Source: a virus. Taken from it: a stretch of DNA of 18,718 nucleotides. Every line of letters begins with the position of its first letter. The first letter of the stretch is position 1. Both the position numbers and the translations under genes were made by a program. The notes beneath the pieces were generated by a model. The model did no database searches, was not told the DNA's origin, and was given only the letters and a program-made list of their open reading frames with translations. The stretch lies in UHGV virus genome UHGV-0133874. One strand, given 5' to 3'. Below are positions 16,613 through 18,718 of this stretch, in pieces.

Positions 16613-17094
16613 TGATGGTGCTGGGATTGTACGTGTTTATGCTGCGCACCGTTCCGTATCAGGAACTGCAGTATCAACGCAGCTGGCGACATGCGGCAAA
16701 CAGTCGGGTAAACCGACGTCCGTCCACGCAGTTTCTGGGACCGGAAAACGACATGCTGACGCTTTCCGGTGTTCTTATGCCGGAAATAACAGGCGGCAGG
16801 CTGTCGTTGCTGGCACTGGAGCAGATGGCAGAACAGGGGAAAGCATGGCCCCTGATTGAAGGCAGCGGCACGATTTATGGCATGTATGTGATTGAGGGAC
16901 TGAATCAGACTAAAACGGAGTTTTTCCGCGACGGTATGCCGCGCCGGATTGAGTTCACCCTGTCGCTCAAAAGGGTGGATGAATCATTGTCCGATATGTT
17001 CGGTGATCTCAGTGCGCAACTGAATAATCTGCAGGACACGGCAACATCTGCCTTAAGTGATATCAGTAAAACGGTGGGAGGGCTGCTGTCGTGA
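16609..17094 (+). CDS. U: Tail protein gpU
   Basis: 161 aa (P2 U ~159 aa); ATG overlaps the T stop (ATGA); GGGGGGA 8 nt upstream; T-U-D order. Confidence 0.85.
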   Translation: MMMVLGLYVFMLRTVPYQELQYQRSWRHAANSRVNRRPSTQFLGPENDMLTLSGVLMPEITGGRLSLLALEQMAEQGKAWPLIEGSGTIYGMYVIEGLNQTKTEFFRDGMPRRIEFTLSLKRVDESLSDMFGDLSAQLNNLQDTATSALSDISKTVGGLLS

Positions 17095-18191
17095 ATTTCA
17101 GCTCTGAACTGCTTAACAAAGGCAACAAAACTCCCGCATTCAGCATCAGTATTGAGGGCAGGGATATCACCACAGTGCTGGACAACCGCCTGATGAGTCT
17201 GACGCTGACGGATAACCGGGGCTTTGAAGCGGACCAGCTTGATCTGGAACTGGACGACGCCGACGGAAAAATCGTGCTGCCGCGTCGTGGTGCGGTTATT
17301 ACGCTGGCGCTGGGCTGGAAGGGGCAGCCGCTTTTCCCGAAAGGGGCATTCACGGTGGACGAGATTGAACACACTGGCGCACCGGATCGCCTGACTATCC
17401 GGGCGCGAAGTGCTGATTTTCGTGAAACGCTGAATACCCGCCGTGAAAAATCGTGGCACAAGACCACTGTCGGGGAAGTGGTGAAGGAAATAGCCGCGCG
17501 GCACAAGCTGAAGATGGCACTGGGTAAAGACCTGTCGGATAAGCCCGTGGAGCATATAGACCAGACTAATGAGAGTGACGGCAGTTTTCTGATGCGGCTG
17601 GCGCGACAGTACGGTGCCATCGCGTCGGTGAAAAATGGCAATCTGTTATTCATCCGGCAGGGGCAGGGCAAAAGCGCCACTGGTAAACCACTGCCAGTGA
17701 TCACTATCACACGCAAGGACGGCGACAGTCACCGCTTTACCCTGGCAGATCGCGGAGCCTACACGGGCGTAATTGCCAGCTGGTTGCATACCCGCGAACC
17801 TGCGAAGAAAGAAAGCACCACGGTGAAGCGTAAGCGCAGAACTAAGAAGCAGAAGAAAGAGCCGGAAGCGAAGCAGGGCGATTACCTGGTGGGTACGGAT
17901 GAAAACGTGCTGGTACTTAATCGCACCTATGCCAACCGGGGCAACGCCGAACGGGCAGCGAAAATGCAGTGGGAACGCCTGCAACGCGGTGTTGCGTCAT
18001 TCTCGCTACAACTGGCAGAAGGTCGGGCAGATCTCTACACGGAAATGCCAGTGAAAGTCAGTGGCTTTAAACAGCCGATAGATGATGCGGAATGGACTAT
18101 TACCACCCTGACGCATACTGTCAGCCCGGATAACGGTTTTACGACCAGTCTGGAGCTTGAAGTGAGGATTGATGATTTCGAAATGGAATGA
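17091..18191 (+). CDS. D: Tail protein gpD (late gene D)
   Basis: 366 aa; GTG start overlapping the U stop, with GGGAGGG 8 nt upstream; position between U and ogr. Confidence 0.85.
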   Translation: MNFSSELLNKGNKTPAFSISIEGRDITTVLDNRLMSLTLTDNRGFEADQLDLELDDADGKIVLPRRGAVITLALGWKGQPLFPKGAFTVDEIEHTGAPDRLTIRARSADFRETLNTRREKSWHKTTVGEVVKEIAARHKLKMALGKDLSDKPVEHIDQTNESDGSFLMRLARQYGAIASVKNGNLLFIRQGQGKSATGKPLPVITITRKDGDSHRFTLADRGAYTGVIASWLHTREPAKKESTTVKRKRRTKKQKKEPEAKQGDYLVGTDENVLVLNRTYANRGNAERAAKMQWERLQRGVASFSLQLAEGRADLYTEMPVKVSGFKQPIDDAEWTITTLTHTVSPDNGFTTSLELEVRIDDFEME

Positions 18192-18281
18192 TTCTTCGCA
18201 ATGGAGAACTTTTAAGTTTGCAAAATGGAATAATGCGGTATCATTATTGTGAATTTAGCAAAAATGGGGAGAACTCGAAAA

Positions 18282-18500
18282 ATGATGATTTGCCCACTGT
18301 GTGGAAGTGCCGCCCATACTCGCAGCAGTTTTCAGGTATCTTCATTGACCAAAGAGCGTTACAACCAGTGCCAGAATATTAACTGCAGCCATACTTTTGT
18401 AACCCATGAAACTTTTGTTCGTTCGATTGCAACGCCAAAAGAGTCAAATCCGGTTCAGCCGCATCCAATGAAATCAGGACAGGTGGCGCTCTCTCTTTGA
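18282..18500 (+). CDS. ogr: Ogr/Delta-family zinc-finger late-gene transcriptional activator (186 B equivalent)
   Basis: 72 aa from ATG 18282: MMICPLCGSAAHTRSS...KERYNQCQNINCSHTF matches P2 Ogr as recalled (CPLCQHAAHARTS...KERYHQCQNVNCSATF), with C-x2-C...C-x4-C zinc ligands; the ORF-track start at 18249 is probably too far upstream. Confidence 0.85.
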   Translation: MMICPLCGSAAHTRSSFQVSSLTKERYNQCQNINCSHTFVTHETFVRSIATPKESNPVQPHPMKSGQVALSL

Positions 18501-18564
18501 CTCTGCCGCCAATTTGTCGCCATCATTAAAAAACAGTGCGTCTAACATCCTGATTTTAAAAAGC

Positions 18565-18591
18565 ATAAATTTCAGGTAACAAAAAACCCAT
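18565..18591. repeat. Ogr-proximal copy of the 27-bp att core direct repeat (ATAAATTTCAGGTAACAAAAAACCCAT)
   Basis: 25/27 identity with 121-147; followed by a CCCATCAACC...GGTTGATGGG hairpin (18587-18623) that reads as a minus-strand terminator of a gene lying to the right. Confidence 0.5.
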
Positions 18592-18718
18592 CAACCTTGA
18601 ACCGAAATGGCGGGGTTGATGGGCTCCACAAAATGGGGACATCAAAGAAAAGCAGTGGCACTAATTAAGACTGATGCCCTGCGGAAAAGTTCTGCGGTTG
18701 TGCAAAAAAATTTCATTT

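Larger units (their letters stand above)
121..18591. mobile_element. Integrated P2/186-family prophage, apparently defective (internal deletion of morphogenetic genes)
   Basis: int-cI-apl-cII-A ... cos ... Q-P-O...T-U-D-ogr gene order, flanked by a 27-bp direct repeat. Confidence 0.8.

Noticed and set aside
16674-17984. Minus-strand ORFs up to 217 aa
   Set aside because: Antisense to the U and D tail genes; Arg/Ser-rich, no start context.
18587-18623. Possible tRNA or small RNA at the right prophage junction
   Set aside because: Some temperate phages of this group integrate at tRNA genes, so I looked for one; the sequence forms a single hairpin followed by a T-run on the minus strand (terminator-like), not a cloverleaf, and no tRNA-like conserved elements are visible.
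1-18718. CRISPR array or other tandem repeat structure
   Set aside because: No regularly spaced direct repeats were seen anywhere in the window; the only notable repeat is the 27-bp att pair.

Overview
The window is essentially one integrated P2/186-family prophage (186-type gene order) in an enterobacterial-looking backbone, bounded by a 27-bp imperfect direct repeat (121-147 and 18565-18591). Order: 3' end of a flanking gene | int, a small secreted-peptide ORF and cI on the minus strand | pR/pL switch region | apl-like, cII, three small early ORFs, a TraR-like zinc finger, dam and replication gene A (stop/start coupled) | a LexA-boxed tum/DinI-like module | an AT-rich cargo island straddling the predicted cos site, carrying a DUF2971-type protein and a ~590-607 aa protein with an Mrr-like nuclease motif (AIPR-like) | portal Q, a degenerate terminase-ATPase paralog and terminase P on the minus strand | an Ogr-type late promoter | scaffold gene O truncated and joined out of frame to the 3' end of tape-measure gene T | U, D, ogr. 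Capsid, small terminase, lysis and most tail genes are absent, so the prophage looks defective. The best candidates for an undescribed system are the two cargo genes at the cos-proximal hotspot (the position P2 uses for old/tin) and the catalytically degenerate terminase paralog between P and Q. All assignments rest on reading the translated ORFs and sequence motifs by eye; no database search was run, and family names and reference protein sizes are from memory.
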